The notes under the pieces were generated by a model. That model worked only from the letters and a program-made list of their open reading frames with translations, made no database searches and was not told the DNA's origin. A stretch of DNA of 38,696 nt, taken from the sequence record SRR16203515_4851, one strand, 5' to 3'. Positions 10,149 through 19,806 of the stretch are shown here, piece by piece. How positions within the stretch are numbered: position 1 is the first letter of the stretch; each line of letters opens with the position of its first letter. The position numbers and the translations under genes are program-made.

Positions 10149-12395
10149 ATGTCCTTTGATGTTGATGAAGAGATACTGCAGGACTTTTTGATTGAAGCCG
10201 GTGAAATTTTAGAGCTTCTTCAGGAACAACTCGTTGCGTTAGAAAATAACCCTGATGATACTGATTTATTGAATGCTATTTTCAGAGGATTCCATACCGT
10301 TAAAGGTGGTGCAGGCTTTTTAGGTTTATCGCCTATGGTTGACGTTTGTCACGAAGCCGAGAACACGTTCGATCTTTTACGAACTGGTAAACGTAGCGTT
10401 TCCGCCAATCTAATGGATGTGATTCTTCAGGCTGTAGACTCCATCAACTCAATGTTTGCTGAAACTCAAGCCGGCCAGCCCCAATCGCCAGCAGAGCCTG
10501 CATTATTGGCCCAATTAAAAACCTTAAGTGCTGGTGAATTACTCGCGTCTGAATTGTCGCAAGCGTCTGCAATAGTTGAAGAAACAACTGGATCTGAATC
10601 AACAATAGAGCCAACTATTATTGACGAGCCAAAGCAGCCAACCGAATCTCTCACTCAAGTAGAAACTACGAATGAGAACGCTAATAGCGGTAGCATCGAT
10701 GATATCGATGAAGCTGAGTTTGAAGCGCTGTTAGATGCGTTGCATGGCACTGGTAATGGCCCAGGAGTAAGTGCTTCTGCTACGGAATCTATTAGTGTTA
10801 CAAACTCCTCATCAGATGACATCACAGATGATGAATTTGAATCACTGCTTGATGAGCTTCATGGTTCTGGTCAGTTCAAAACACCGTCAGCAATTCCAGC
10901 AAGCGCTGAGCCTGTTGGTAATGATGTTGACTCTGATGAGATTACTGATGATGAGTTTGAGAAGTTACTCGATGAGCTTCATGGCTCTGGTGCAGGCCCT
11001 GGTAGTACTAACCAAGGCAGTTCTGTTGCTGCTATCTCGAGCACAAATACGCCGCAAGCCAATAACTCAGCCACAGTAGTTCAAGCGATAACGACTTCAC
11101 AGCAAGCTGAGCCACAAGAAACAGTTCAACCGCAAGCTGCTATCGTACCGCCACAGGCTCAACCTCAACCTGTTGCTAAAGCGCCTGCTAAGCCTGCTGG
11201 CAATAATATGCCACAAGCCGAAACCACTGTGCGTGTTGATACCTCAAGACTCGATCAAATCATGAATATGGTTGGTGAGTTGGTACTGGTTCGAAATCGT
11301 TTATTAAGTCTTGGGGTTGCCCGCGAAGATGAAGAGATGTCAAAGGCATTGGCAAACCTTGATCTCGTCACCGCTGACTTGCAGGGCGCGGTAATGAAAA
11401 CGCGCATGCAGCCAATTAAAAAGGTATTTGGCCGCTTCCCTCGTGTTGTTCGAGATCTTGCGCGTACCCTTAATAAAGAGATTGATTTAGTCATGGTTGG
11501 TGAAGAGACTGACCTTGATAAAAACTTGGTTGAAGCATTAGCCGACCCGCTAGTTCACTTAGTGAGAAACTCAGTGGATCACGGTATTGAAATGCCGGAT
11601 CTTCGTGAAGCTAACGGTAAACAGCGAACAGGTACTATTACCTTGTCAGCTAGCCAAGAAGGCGACCACATCCTCTTGAAAATTGAGGATGACGGTGCGG
11701 GTATGGATCCTGAGAAGTTAAAGTCTATTGCCATTAGCCGGGGCGTACTTGATGAAGATGCCGCAGCGCGAATGACCGACGAAGAAGCATATAACCTTAT
11801 TTTCGCCCCAGGCTTTTCAACTAAGGTTGAGATTTCTGATATTTCAGGCCGCGGCGTGGGTATGGATGTGGTTAAAACCCGTATTACTCAGCTTAATGGT
11901 TCTGTTTATATCGACTCTCAACAAGGTAAGGGAACCCGCTTAGAAATTAAGGTTCCACTGACTTTAGCTATTATGCCGACCCTAATGGTTGAAGTTGCTG
12001 AGCAAGTGTTTGCTTTGCCACTTTCAAGTGTGAATGAAATATTCCATTTAGACTTGACTAAAACCAATGTGGTTGACGGTCAGCTAACAGTTATTGTGCG
12101 CGATAAAGCGGTACCGTTATTTTACTTAGAGCAATGGTTGTCACGCAAAGCTGGCAGCTTTAGCCATGGTGATAAACAACATGGCCACGTTGTTATTGTG
12201 CAATTAGGCACAATGCAAATTGGTTTTGTCGTTGACTCGCTAATTGGCCAAGAAGAAGTGGTGATTAAGCCATTAGGTACATTATTGCACGGCACGCCAG
12301 GTATGGCTGGTGCAACAATTACATCTGATGGTGGTATTGCACTTATTCTAGATGTACCCGGCTTACTTAAGTATTACGCGCGCAATAAAAGCTAA
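10149..12395 (+). CDS. cheA: Chemotaxis histidine kinase CheA
   Basis: Hpt IFRGFHTVKGGAG; dimerisation TVRVDTSRLDQIMNMVGELV; HATPase HLVRNSVDHG and SGRGVGMDVV; C-terminal CheW domain. Confidence 0.99.
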   Translation: MSFDVDEEILQDFLIEAGEILELLQEQLVALENNPDDTDLLNAIFRGFHTVKGGAGFLGLSPMVDVCHEAENTFDLLRTGKRSVSANLMDVILQAVDSINSMFAETQAGQPQSPAEPALLAQLKTLSAGELLASELSQASAIVEETTGSESTIEPTIIDEPKQPTESLTQVETTNENANSGSIDDIDEAEFEALLDALHGTGNGPGVSASATESISVTNSSSDDITDDEFESLLDELHGSGQFKTPSAIPASAEPVGNDVDSDEITDDEFEKLLDELHGSGAGPGSTNQGSSVAAISSTNTPQANNSATVVQAITTSQQAEPQETVQPQAAIVPPQAQPQPVAKAPAKPAGNNMPQAETTVRVDTSRLDQIMNMVGELVLVRNRLLSLGVAREDEEMSKALANLDLVTADLQGAVMKTRMQPIKKVFGRFPRVVRDLARTLNKEIDLVMVGEETDLDKNLVEALADPLVHLVRNSVDHGIEMPDLREANGKQRTGTITLSASQEGDHILLKIEDDGAGMDPEKLKSIAISRGVLDEDAAARMTDEEAYNLIFAPGFSTKVEISDISGRGVGMDVVKTRITQLNGSVYIDSQQGKGTRLEIKVPLTLAIMPTLMVEVAEQVFALPLSSVNEIFHLDLTKTNVVDGQLTVIVRDKAVPLFYLEQWLSRKAGSFSHGDKQHGHVVIVQLGTMQIGFVVDSLIGQEEVVIKPLGTLLHGTPGMAGATITSDGGIALILDVPGLLKYYARNKS
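10698..10991 (+). repeat. Three acidic 19-aa repeats in the CheA linker
   Basis: DDIDEAEFEALLDALHGTG (10698-10754), DDITDDEFESLLDELHGSG (10815-10871) and DEITDDEFEKLLDELHGSG (10935-10991). DNA GATGAGCTTCATGGyTCTGG recurs at 10851 and 10971. Confidence 0.9.
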
Positions 12396-12405
12396 TAAGT
12401 TGTTT

Positions 12406-12441
12406 AGGAATAACAGAGCGTGATGTTTTGTTATTCCTTTT
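12406..12441 (+). terminator. Hairpin between cheA and cheB (weak terminator or mRNA-stabilising stem)
   Basis: AGGAATAACA (12406-12415) pairs perfectly with TGTTATTCCT (12429-12438), extendable with G-U pairs, followed by TTT. Confidence 0.55.
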
Positions 12442-12485
12442 GCATACAGCATTGAGCAGTCCTGAAATGCGGTATAGGAATTTTA

Positions 12486-13637
12486 ATGGGCATAAAAGTT
12501 TTAGTCGTTGATGATTCAAGTTTTTTCCGACGACGTGTAAGTGAAATTGTCAATCAAGACGCTGAACTAGAAGTTATTGGCACTGCCAGCAACGGTGTTG
12601 AAGCGGTTAAAATGGCTGCTGAGTTAAATCCGCAAGTGATCACCATGGATATAGAGATGCCTGTAATGGATGGCATCACAGCTGTAAAACAGATCATGGC
12701 GAGTAAACCTATTCCTATTTTGATGTTCTCTTCTCTAACCCATGATGGTGCTAAAGCCACGTTAGAAGCATTAGAAGCGGGAGCATTAGATTTTTTACCT
12801 AAGCGTTTTGAAGATATCGCCAGCAATAAAGATGACGCGATTTTATTATTGCAACAGCGTATTAAGGCGCTGGGGCGTAGACGCTTATTTAGACCAATCG
12901 CTAGAGCGACAACTACATCGGATAAAGCTTCGTTAAGCAATGAGCTTAAGCGACCAAGTTTAGCTAGTCATACTTTACGACAACCAGCGCATGTTGCGGC
13001 AAATGTTGCTGTAGCAGAAAAGGTTGGCAGAACATCTAGCGTAACTCGGGCGAGTGGCAAAAAATACAAAGCCTTGCTAATCGGCACCTCTACTGGTGGC
13101 CCTGTTGCGCTGCAAAAAGTGCTAACGCAATTGCCGGCGAATTATCCGCATCCGATTTTGCTAATCCAGCATATGCCTGCGGCTTTTACACCAACATTTG
13201 CGACTCGTTTAAATAGTTTATGCAAGATTGAAGTGAAAGAGGCTGTTAGTGGTGATGTGCTTAAGCCTGGCTGTGCGTACTTGGCACCAGGTGGCATGCA
13301 GATGATGCTGGAGCGAGGTGGTGCGTATGGCCGCGTTAAGGTGATAGCTGGCAAGGCTGAAATGAATTATAAGCCAAGTGTTGATATCACTTTTGCGTCA
13401 ACGTCGAAGGTCATCGGTGGAGATGTATTAGCCGTTGTTCTAACGGGGATGGGCGCTGATGGACGTGAAGGCGCAAGAATGTTGAAATCTGTAGGTGCAA
13501 CGATCTGGGCACAAGATGAAGCAAGTTGTGTGGTGTATGGTATGCCACAAGCTGTGACAACATCAGGTATTGCTACCAAGTCTATAGCGCTAGAACAGAT
13601 GGCTGATGCGATTTTAAAAGAGACTGCTAATGGCTAA
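12486..13637 (+). CDS. cheB: Chemotaxis methylesterase CheB
   Basis: REC domain plus methylesterase motifs [26 protein letters not shown] and [12 protein letters not shown]. Confidence 0.98.
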   Translation: MGIKVLVVDDSSFFRRRVSEIVNQDAELEVIGTASNGVEAVKMAAELNPQVITMDIEMPVMDGITAVKQIMASKPIPILMFSSLTHDGAKATLEALEAGALDFLPKRFEDIASNKDDAILLLQQRIKALGRRRLFRPIARATTTSDKASLSNELKRPSLASHTLRQPAHVAANVAVAEKVGRTSSVTRASGKKYKALLIGTSTGGPVALQKVLTQLPANYPHPILLIQHMPAAFTPTFATRLNSLCKIEVKEAVSGDVLKPGCAYLAPGGMQMMLERGGAYGRVKVIAGKAEMNYKPSVDITFASTSKVIGGDVLAVVLTGMGADGREGARMLKSVGATIWAQDEASCVVYGMPQAVTTSGIATKSIALEQMADAILKETANG

Positions 13638-14313
13638 GGCCATTGATAAGCGTGTTAAGTATGGCTTAGACATGGTTTGTCAGCGCGGGGAAATCAACAC
13701 CTTGTCGCTACTGGCGATATTTTTGCTTAGCGTTACAGCTGTCAGTTTCGGCTCTCTTTATTTTGATAGCCAGCACAAAAACAAGCTGTTAACGGCAGAA
13801 GTGGCGGAGCTTAAAAACTCACAAGTGTTACTGATGGTACCTGATGAACAAGCTGCTGTAATGGCAGATTGGATGGCGAACAATCCACAGTTTGTACAAT
13901 CTTTTGTTGAGAAGGCTAGAAAGGGAGAGTCGACTGTATTACCGATTGGTCCAGGAGTCGGTAATAATAGCGCTAATATCAGCAGTGTAACTGAGCCTAA
14001 CAATCATGCTGCGCAAGCTTACGCTCAAAGGCAAACTCAGCCTCAAAAGCAAGTTAGGCAACAAGTTGAAGAGCAAACATTGTTGCCATCAAATCTTTCG
14101 GAGCAAAAAGTACCACAGCCGAATACAAATCTAGCAAAGCCGTACTCCGAAAAAGCGAGCACCGTAAGTGCAGAGTCTAATGCTGTAATAAAAAATGCTA
14201 AACATGAGCCACCAAGTAAAGCCGTCACCGTGCAAGAGTCAGAAGATGGCGTTAAGTTAATCCGTTTGCCCCATGGCGGCGTTAGAGTGACCACAAGAGA
14301 GCCCGACTCCTAA
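13630..14313 (+). CDS. Hypothetical membrane-anchored protein in the chemotaxis locus
   Basis: 227 aa ORF overlapping the cheB stop. One N-terminal hydrophobic segment, a short coiled coil and a low-complexity Q/P/S region. Confidence 0.75.
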   Translation: MAKAIDKRVKYGLDMVCQRGEINTLSLLAIFLLSVTAVSFGSLYFDSQHKNKLLTAEVAELKNSQVLLMVPDEQAAVMADWMANNPQFVQSFVEKARKGESTVLPIGPGVGNNSANISSVTEPNNHAAQAYAQRQTQPQKQVRQQVEEQTLLPSNLSEQKVPQPNTNLAKPYSEKASTVSAESNAVIKNAKHEPPSKAVTVQESEDGVKLIRLPHGGVRVTTREPDS

Positions 14314-14401
14314 ACTCAGTTGCTACTTGAATATTGGGCTTACAACTACTTTAGCCGTCACACATAAAAACCAGTCATATAAAGAGATAGAGGATCACCA
14401 G

Positions 14402-15193
14402 TTGAAGATCTGGACGATAGCAAACCAAAAAGGCGGAGTGGGAAAGACAACAACTGTTGCCAGTCTAGCTGGTGCGTTTGTTAAACGGGGTCAAAGAGTG
14501 CTGATGGTGGACACCGATCCACATGCATCGCTTGGTTATTACCTTGGAATTGATAGCGAGCAATTGCCTAGTTCTTTATATAACTTGTTTTTAAATAATA
14601 AAAGCTTAACTGCAGATAGCGTGCAAACGCATATCGTACCTACTAATGTTGAAAACCTTGACTTGATGCCAGCGACAATGGCATTAGCCACGTTAGATCG
14701 CAGTCTTGGACATCAAGAGGGGATGGGCTTAATTCTTAAAAAAGCCCTGCAATTAGTCGCAGATAGATATGACGTTGTGCTAATTGATTGCCCACCCGTG
14801 CTTGGTGTATTAATGGTTAATGCTCTGGCTGCCAGTGAGCATATTATTGTGCCAGTACAAACAGAGTTCTTGGCACTTAAAGGTCTAGACCGAATGGTCA
14901 AAACTATGTTGTTAATGGGACGTTCCAAGCGCATTCAATACAGCTATACCATAGTGCCAACCATGTACGATAAACGTACTCGTGCTGCAACCGCAGCGTT
15001 ATTACAATTGAGTCAAGATTATAGTGATGAACTTTGGCAAGACGTTATTCCCGTGGATACTAAATTTAGAGACGCAAGTTTGAGTCATTTACCTGCATCC
15101 CATTACGCGCCTAGCAGTCGTGGCGTCAAAGCCTACGAGCGCTTATTAAATTATTTAGTCAATAAAGGTACAACGCATGTCAAGATTGGTTGA
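14402..15193 (+). CDS. ParA-family ATPase (ParC-like chemotaxis array positioning protein)
   Basis: KIWTIANQKGGVGKTTT, DTDPHASL, IDCPP and PVQTEFLA. TTG 14402 after GAGG preferred over the ORF-track start at 14327. Confidence 0.9.
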   Translation: MKIWTIANQKGGVGKTTTVASLAGAFVKRGQRVLMVDTDPHASLGYYLGIDSEQLPSSLYNLFLNNKSLTADSVQTHIVPTNVENLDLMPATMALATLDRSLGHQEGMGLILKKALQLVADRYDVVLIDCPPVLGVLMVNALAASEHIIVPVQTEFLALKGLDRMVKTMLLMGRSKRIQYSYTIVPTMYDKRTRAATAALLQLSQDYSDELWQDVIPVDTKFRDASLSHLPASHYAPSSRGVKAYERLLNYLVNKGTTHVKIG

Positions 15194-16079
15194 TGACGCT
15201 GTATCGGACTATTTCACTCTGTTGTTAACTGAGCCTGAGTCACAAAAGTTGACTCAGAAAGAAGCAGAGTTAAAGCCGTACATGCCGCCTGCTGAGCCTA
15301 GTATCAACAGGCGTTCACTTGAGCAGTTATTTGCCGACTCTAAGGCTATGTCAACTGATGACGCCGAAGAGTGCAGTTTAAGTGTTGAGCAAGCGCCATT
15401 ACAAACACAAGAGACAGCTGCGTTAGAAACTGCGCCACAACAGAGTGTGCAAGCAGAGGTCTCAGCTGCGTTACCACAAGATGTTGCTGCAATTATAGAG
15501 AACAGCCAAAACGACGCCAGCTTGCCTGAACTGGATATTGTGGCTCAAGTCTCTACAAAAGATCTGGCTGCAAAAGAGCCCACGAGCAACGCGCTGGTTT
15601 CGACACAAGCCTTGCTCGACAGTTTAGATGAAGAGTTTCAAGTGCTGTTTTTTAAAGTGGCTGGTTTAACTTTGGCAGTACCGCTAATTAGCTTAGGTGG
15701 CATAGTAAACTTACAAGCCTTAACGCCATTAATTGGCCGTCCAGTTTGGTATAAAGGCGTGCAACAACACAGAGGCTCACAACTGAATGTTGTTGATACT
15801 GGCGCTTGGGTAATGCCTGAAAAATATACTCAAGAACTTGCAGAACAAGTTAATTATCAATATGTGGTTGCGCTGCAAGACAGCAACTGGGGATTAAGTT
15901 GTGAGTCTTTGGTAGATACTATCAGTATCAAAAAGTCAGCGGTTAATTGGCGTAGCCAAGCTGGTAAACGTCCATGGTTAGCAGGCGTTGTAAAAGAGCA
16001 GATGTGCGGCATTTTAAACGTTGCGGCATTAGTACAAATGCTGCAAGCCGGTTTAGGACACCAAGATAGTATTGCTTAA
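15177..16079 (+). CDS. CheW-domain protein, ParP-like
   Basis: N-terminal AVSDYFTLLL motif, long acidic linker and C-terminal CheW-like domain (FQVLFFKVAGLTLAVPL...KRPWLAG); overlaps the ParA gene. Confidence 0.85.
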   Translation: MSRLVDDAVSDYFTLLLTEPESQKLTQKEAELKPYMPPAEPSINRRSLEQLFADSKAMSTDDAEECSLSVEQAPLQTQETAALETAPQQSVQAEVSAALPQDVAAIIENSQNDASLPELDIVAQVSTKDLAAKEPTSNALVSTQALLDSLDEEFQVLFFKVAGLTLAVPLISLGGIVNLQALTPLIGRPVWYKGVQQHRGSQLNVVDTGAWVMPEKYTQELAEQVNYQYVVALQDSNWGLSCESLVDTISIKKSAVNWRSQAGKRPWLAGVVKEQMCGILNVAALVQMLQAGLGHQDSIA

Positions 16080-16115
16080 ACGCGCAAGTAAGCCTTCAAG
16101 GTGTGATTTGCGCTA

Positions 16116-16142
16116 TAAAGACTAGAGATAACTGGTCGATAT
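16116..16142 (+). promoter_or_regulatory. Sigma28 (FliA) promoter upstream of cheW
   Basis: TAAA (16116-16119), 15-nt spacer, GTCGATAT (16135-16142), against the consensus TAAA-N15-GCCGATAA. Confidence 0.75.
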
Positions 16143-16320
16143 AATAAATTGAGCTGGCAAGAGTATTGGATCTCTGCATAGAGCGAGATATGCTTAAGCT
16201 TAAAAACAAATAGCCATAAATTTAATAGGCTAGCATTTCTGAAATGAATTTTATCAGTAACTCGTTTTACAGGTTACTAGGGTTTATTAGATAGCCACAG
16301 AGCTATTGATTGAGGGATTT

Positions 16321-16812
16321 ATGACAAGTTCAAATAGTGTGGCCGTTGCGGCAGGTAATGATGATGCAGTATTACAATGGGTAACATTTAAGCTTGATAA
16401 TGAAACCTATGGCATTAATGTGATGCAGGTTCAGGAAGTATTACGTTATACCGAAATTGCACCTGTACCGGGTGCGCCTCATTACGTGTTAGGGATCATT
16501 AATCTACGTGGAAACGTAGTAACAGTTATCGATACCCGCTCACGCTTTGGTTTAGCTTCTGCAGACGTTAATGATTCAACGCGTATCGTGATCATTGAAG
16601 CTGAAAAGCAAGTAATTGGTATTTTGGTCGACAGCGTTGCTGAGGTGGTTTATCTACGTCGTTCTGAAATCGATAATGCGCCAAATGTTGGAACAGAAGA
16701 AAGCGCTAAATTCATTCAAGGTGTCAGCAACCGTGAAAATGAGCTGCTGATTTTGGTTGATTTAGATAAGTTACTTTCTGATGAAGAGTGGATGGAGTTA
16801 ACTCAAATCTAA
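16321..16812 (+). CDS. cheW: Chemotaxis coupling protein CheW
   Basis: QWVTFKLDNETYGINVMQVQEV and GIINLRGNVVTVID. ATG 16321 after GAGGG preferred. Confidence 0.97.
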   Translation: MTSSNSVAVAAGNDDAVLQWVTFKLDNETYGINVMQVQEVLRYTEIAPVPGAPHYVLGIINLRGNVVTVIDTRSRFGLASADVNDSTRIVIIEAEKQVIGILVDSVAEVVYLRRSEIDNAPNVGTEESAKFIQGVSNRENELLILVDLDKLLSDEEWMELTQI

Positions 16813-16959
16813 CTCTTTAACGAATCTTAGTTAATGACTCTTAATGAATAGCTCTAGCTAATGACTTTAGCTATGTTGCTTGCAGTGTTGGGTAGCATAT
16901 TCTACTAAGCTATCTAACACTGATGATTGCGCTAATTTACCCTTTTAGAAGATATATTA

Positions 16960-17367
16960 ATGACTGTTGAAGAAATTTTAATTGTTGCAGTGTTAGTTTT
17001 AGCTGTTATTTTTTGCGCTTTGATTGTTTATTTGCAAAAGCAAACAACTAAGCTGCGCTCAACAGTGGATGCTCTTACAGTTTTGGTTAAAGAAAGCGAC
17101 AAACAAAGAGATACTGTTAAACGCGAGCTGCTAGAGCTAAGAAGCGGCACTATTGGCGTTGGTAGACGTATGCTAGAGCTTGAGAAAAAGCTAGCCCAGC
17201 AAGACGCCAAACTCGAGGAGGGAACTCAGCAAGATCCGCAAGCGAGATTGTATTCTAGAGCAATGAAAATGGTTGCCTTAGGTGCGGGAGTTGAAGAGCT
17301 TATAGAGGAATGTGAACTGCCAAAGGCTGAAGCAGAATTGTTGATTCGCTTACATGGTAAAAATTAA
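16960..17367 (+). CDS. fipA: DUF2802 membrane protein (FlhF-interacting FipA-like)
   Basis: N-terminal TM, coiled coil and C-terminal YSRAMKMVALGAGVEELIEECELPKAEAELL; immediately after cheW. Confidence 0.8.
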   Translation: MTVEEILIVAVLVLAVIFCALIVYLQKQTTKLRSTVDALTVLVKESDKQRDTVKRELLELRSGTIGVGRRMLELEKKLAQQDAKLEEGTQQDPQARLYSRAMKMVALGAGVEELIEECELPKAEAELLIRLHGKN

Positions 17368-17431
17368 CTTAACATCGCTACTGTTTGCTAATAGGGTGCA
17401 AGCCAGTACAAATGATTAAACTGGCACTTCC

Positions 17432-17740
17432 TTATATTTGCTCCATTATTTTATTATGCATATTGTCCCATTTCTCGGGAAACTTACCTTCTAGCACATA
17501 TACAAATGCAATGAGCTCGGCAATTAAGCCATAGAGTTCGCTTGGGATCGCTTCTCCCACTTCTAAATGCTGTAAGAAATTGGCCAAATGCTCATCTTGA
17601 TGAATGTGGACACCAGCTTGCTTCGCTAGGGCAATGATCTCTTCAGCGAGCGCGTCTTCACCTTTGGCCACTACAATTGGAGCTTCTCCGGCCTTATAGC
17701 TTAGTGCAGCAGCTTGTTTAGTTCTTGTTTTTGATGTCAT
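17432..17740 (-). CDS. Stand-alone FlhB C-terminal-domain protein (FlhX/YlqH-like)
   Basis: AAALSY...APIVVAKG...AEEIIALAKQAGVHI...IPSELYGLIAELIAFVY aligns by eye with the post-cleavage part of FlhB in this window (AVAVKY...APFVVAKG...IPEGLFTAVAQVLAYVF). Confidence 0.88.
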   Translation of the reverse strand: MTSKTRTKQAAALSYKAGEAPIVVAKGEDALAEEIIALAKQAGVHIHQDEHLANFLQHLEVGEAIPSELYGLIAELIAFVYVLEGKFPEKWDNMHNKIMEQI

Positions 17741-17741
17741 G

Positions 17742-19361
17742 TTATACCTTGGTTTTCACTAAGTAATGTTGTCCGGGTAAAATTGATGCGGCAATCGGAT
17801 CTGTTTTACTTTCTAGCTTCACATTTTCGAAACCTAGTTCAATGAGTTTGTACCTGAGAGATGTGCTTAAGAGTTTTATCTTCTTAGTTGTCGCTACATC
17901 ATCAGAGCTAAAGTTAAGTGTCAGTGTTGGTTTTTGATTTACTGTTTGCTGTATTTTCCCATTAATGAGTAAAGCCGCTGCAGACAAATTGAATTTAAGC
18001 TGTAACTGCCACACACTGCTATTATCGCTGCCTTCTGCATCATGCTTACTGATCTGTCCCTCAAGGTGTTCTTGATAATGGTTAATCGAATAGGGGATGA
18101 CAAAATAGAAGTTAGTCGTTTGCTCTGATAAGTCAGACGCTTGTTGATATAGCGCAATATTGCGCAGAATATCGGCAAAAGCATCTACTTTCACTGCTGT
18201 TTGCAACAGTTTCAGTAACTGTTCAGGTAAGGCGAGTTTATCTTGTAGTGCAATAAGCTGTTTGTTTAACTCGGGTGAAATATTAGCTTTACTATGTAGT
18301 GCAATTAACAGCTGAGTGATAAGACTGATCGTTGTGATATGGCTGTGACTGCTACTTTGTTGCCATTCAGATGGAGCGAGGGCTAGCTTACTCATTTCAA
18401 TCAGGGTTTGCTTGAGTTTTTGTGGCTGAGCAAGTTCAGTTATCGCATCACTTCTAATTGATGGTAGCAACTTAGTTAATTCAGTAGCTAGGTCACTATG
18501 TGATGGCCTAGGGGGTTGGCAAGTAACAGGCAAACCACCGGCTTTAATTAGTGCATTATTCAGTGACTGATGAGTGATAGGCGGCGCCATAGTGCTGTTT
18601 GAGTTACTACTGAGCAGGTTTTTATCGTGGTTTTGATTAATACTGCCAGCTTGAGTCGACTGCTCAGCGTTCGGATAAGCTGATTGATGTGCAAGTGTTA
18701 CTGCTGCCAGCTCGGAAAAGAGGTTTTTATAGCTTGCTGTCATATTAAGCGGGCTGCTTGTGGGCATGGTTTCATCAGCGGGATCACAAGCTTCTTCAAC
18801 TCGCGAATGCGAGTCTTGTATTAGCTGAACTGTTTGCTCAATCTTTATCTGACTTAGCGTCAACAGCAACCGGCCATTTTTTAATACAATCGCCGCTGTA
18901 TAGTGTCCGTCAATAATAGTGGTCGGCAGCGAAATGCTTGAGCCTGCATCAAAAGCCAATATATTATTTTTAACCCGAGTTTTTCCTAACGAGTAACCCT
19001 CTTTACGGCCAGCGAGTTGCTCGAGTTTTTTGATTTGCTCTGGGCTTGAACTTAGCATGTGTAATATTGCTGTAGGTAAGGGGAGTTGATAGGCATGCCC
19101 AAGCCCGATTAGACTGGCTATTCTTGTTGCAGCTTGAGTTTGCACTATATTTAATATTAGCCGTTGCGCACTTTGTAGTTGCTGCAGCGTGCTAAGAGGT
19201 AAACGATTAAGTAAGTACTGCTGCTGCGAGAAGCTCACCTTTGCGCCTTGCTCGTTAACTTGCAACGTAACAGGCACCAATAATTGACTGAATTTAACAG
19301 CAGTATCGGCTAGTTGTGAACTAGCAGAAGAAATCACTGTAGAAGTTTGAACATTTTGCAT
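17742..19361 (-). CDS. Hypothetical protein with a possible FliK-like C-terminal domain
   Basis: 539 aa ORF ending 1 bp before the FlhB-like gene. The C-terminal pattern (FYFVIPY...VWQLQLKFNL...LTLNFSSD...LRYKLIELGF) resembles the Flg_hook/FliK-C fold; this is recognition by eye, not a search result. Confidence 0.6.
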   Translation of the reverse strand: MQNVQTSTVISSASSQLADTAVKFSQLLVPVTLQVNEQGAKVSFSQQQYLLNRLPLSTLQQLQSAQRLILNIVQTQAATRIASLIGLGHAYQLPLPTAILHMLSSSPEQIKKLEQLAGRKEGYSLGKTRVKNNILAFDAGSSISLPTTIIDGHYTAAIVLKNGRLLLTLSQIKIEQTVQLIQDSHSRVEEACDPADETMPTSSPLNMTASYKNLFSELAAVTLAHQSAYPNAEQSTQAGSINQNHDKNLLSSNSNSTMAPPITHQSLNNALIKAGGLPVTCQPPRPSHSDLATELTKLLPSIRSDAITELAQPQKLKQTLIEMSKLALAPSEWQQSSSHSHITTISLITQLLIALHSKANISPELNKQLIALQDKLALPEQLLKLLQTAVKVDAFADILRNIALYQQASDLSEQTTNFYFVIPYSINHYQEHLEGQISKHDAEGSDNSSVWQLQLKFNLSAAALLINGKIQQTVNQKPTLTLNFSSDDVATTKKIKLLSTSLRYKLIELGFENVKLESKTDPIAASILPGQHYLVKTKV

Positions 19362-19587
19362 ATTCAGCCCGTATTAAAAGATAGATCATGAGTAAGTGGT
19401 GAATCGTTAATCGGTTATAGCAAACTTGGTTAGCGTGACAAAAGACAAGACAACAATTTAGATATGTTTGTTCACAAATTTCTATTTGATCTTACTGAGT
19501 TACTCAGTATCCTTAGCCATCTTTAACGTAAATTCAAAGACTTTAGTCTTTAAAGTGATGCAGTTGTATTGAATAACACTGTCGATT

Positions 19588-19614
19588 ATATCGGCAGAGG
19601 CATGAACTACTTTA
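19588..19614 (-). promoter_or_regulatory. Sigma28 (FliA) promoter for the minus-strand gene pair
   Basis: Minus strand reads TAAA-GTAGTTCATGCCTCT(15)-GCCGATAT, a near-perfect match to the consensus. Confidence 0.85.
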
Positions 19615-19806
19615 GTTAAAGGTATTTTTTGCCGGCATAGACTGCGAGTAAAGATTGATATAACGGCTTAAGCGTGAGTCTGGCAACCGACTGCCGATGG
19701 GGCACTCTGTTGTCAAAGGCTAAATTTGTATTTTTAACAGTTTTATATACCGTTCTGGTCCTGCGTATAGAGTTTGGGTAACCGGAAACATTTCAAAGAG
19801 ACAATT

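Noticed and set aside
10687-10694. GCGGTAGC ops-like core inside cheA (similar at about 3552 in flhB)
   Set aside because: Incomplete consensus within coding sequence, no JUMPstart context, expected by chance.
13681-13760. QRG followed by a hydrophobic stretch, like a prepilin cleavage site
   Set aside because: The residue after G is Glu, there is no Glu at +5, and there is no pilus context.
14402-15193. Plasmid or chromosome partition system
   Set aside because: No parB or parS; the context between cheB and CheW-domain genes fits chemotaxis array positioning.
19681-19695. TGGCA...TGC sigma54-like site before mlaA
   Set aside because: GG-GC spacing is 9 nt instead of the required 10.
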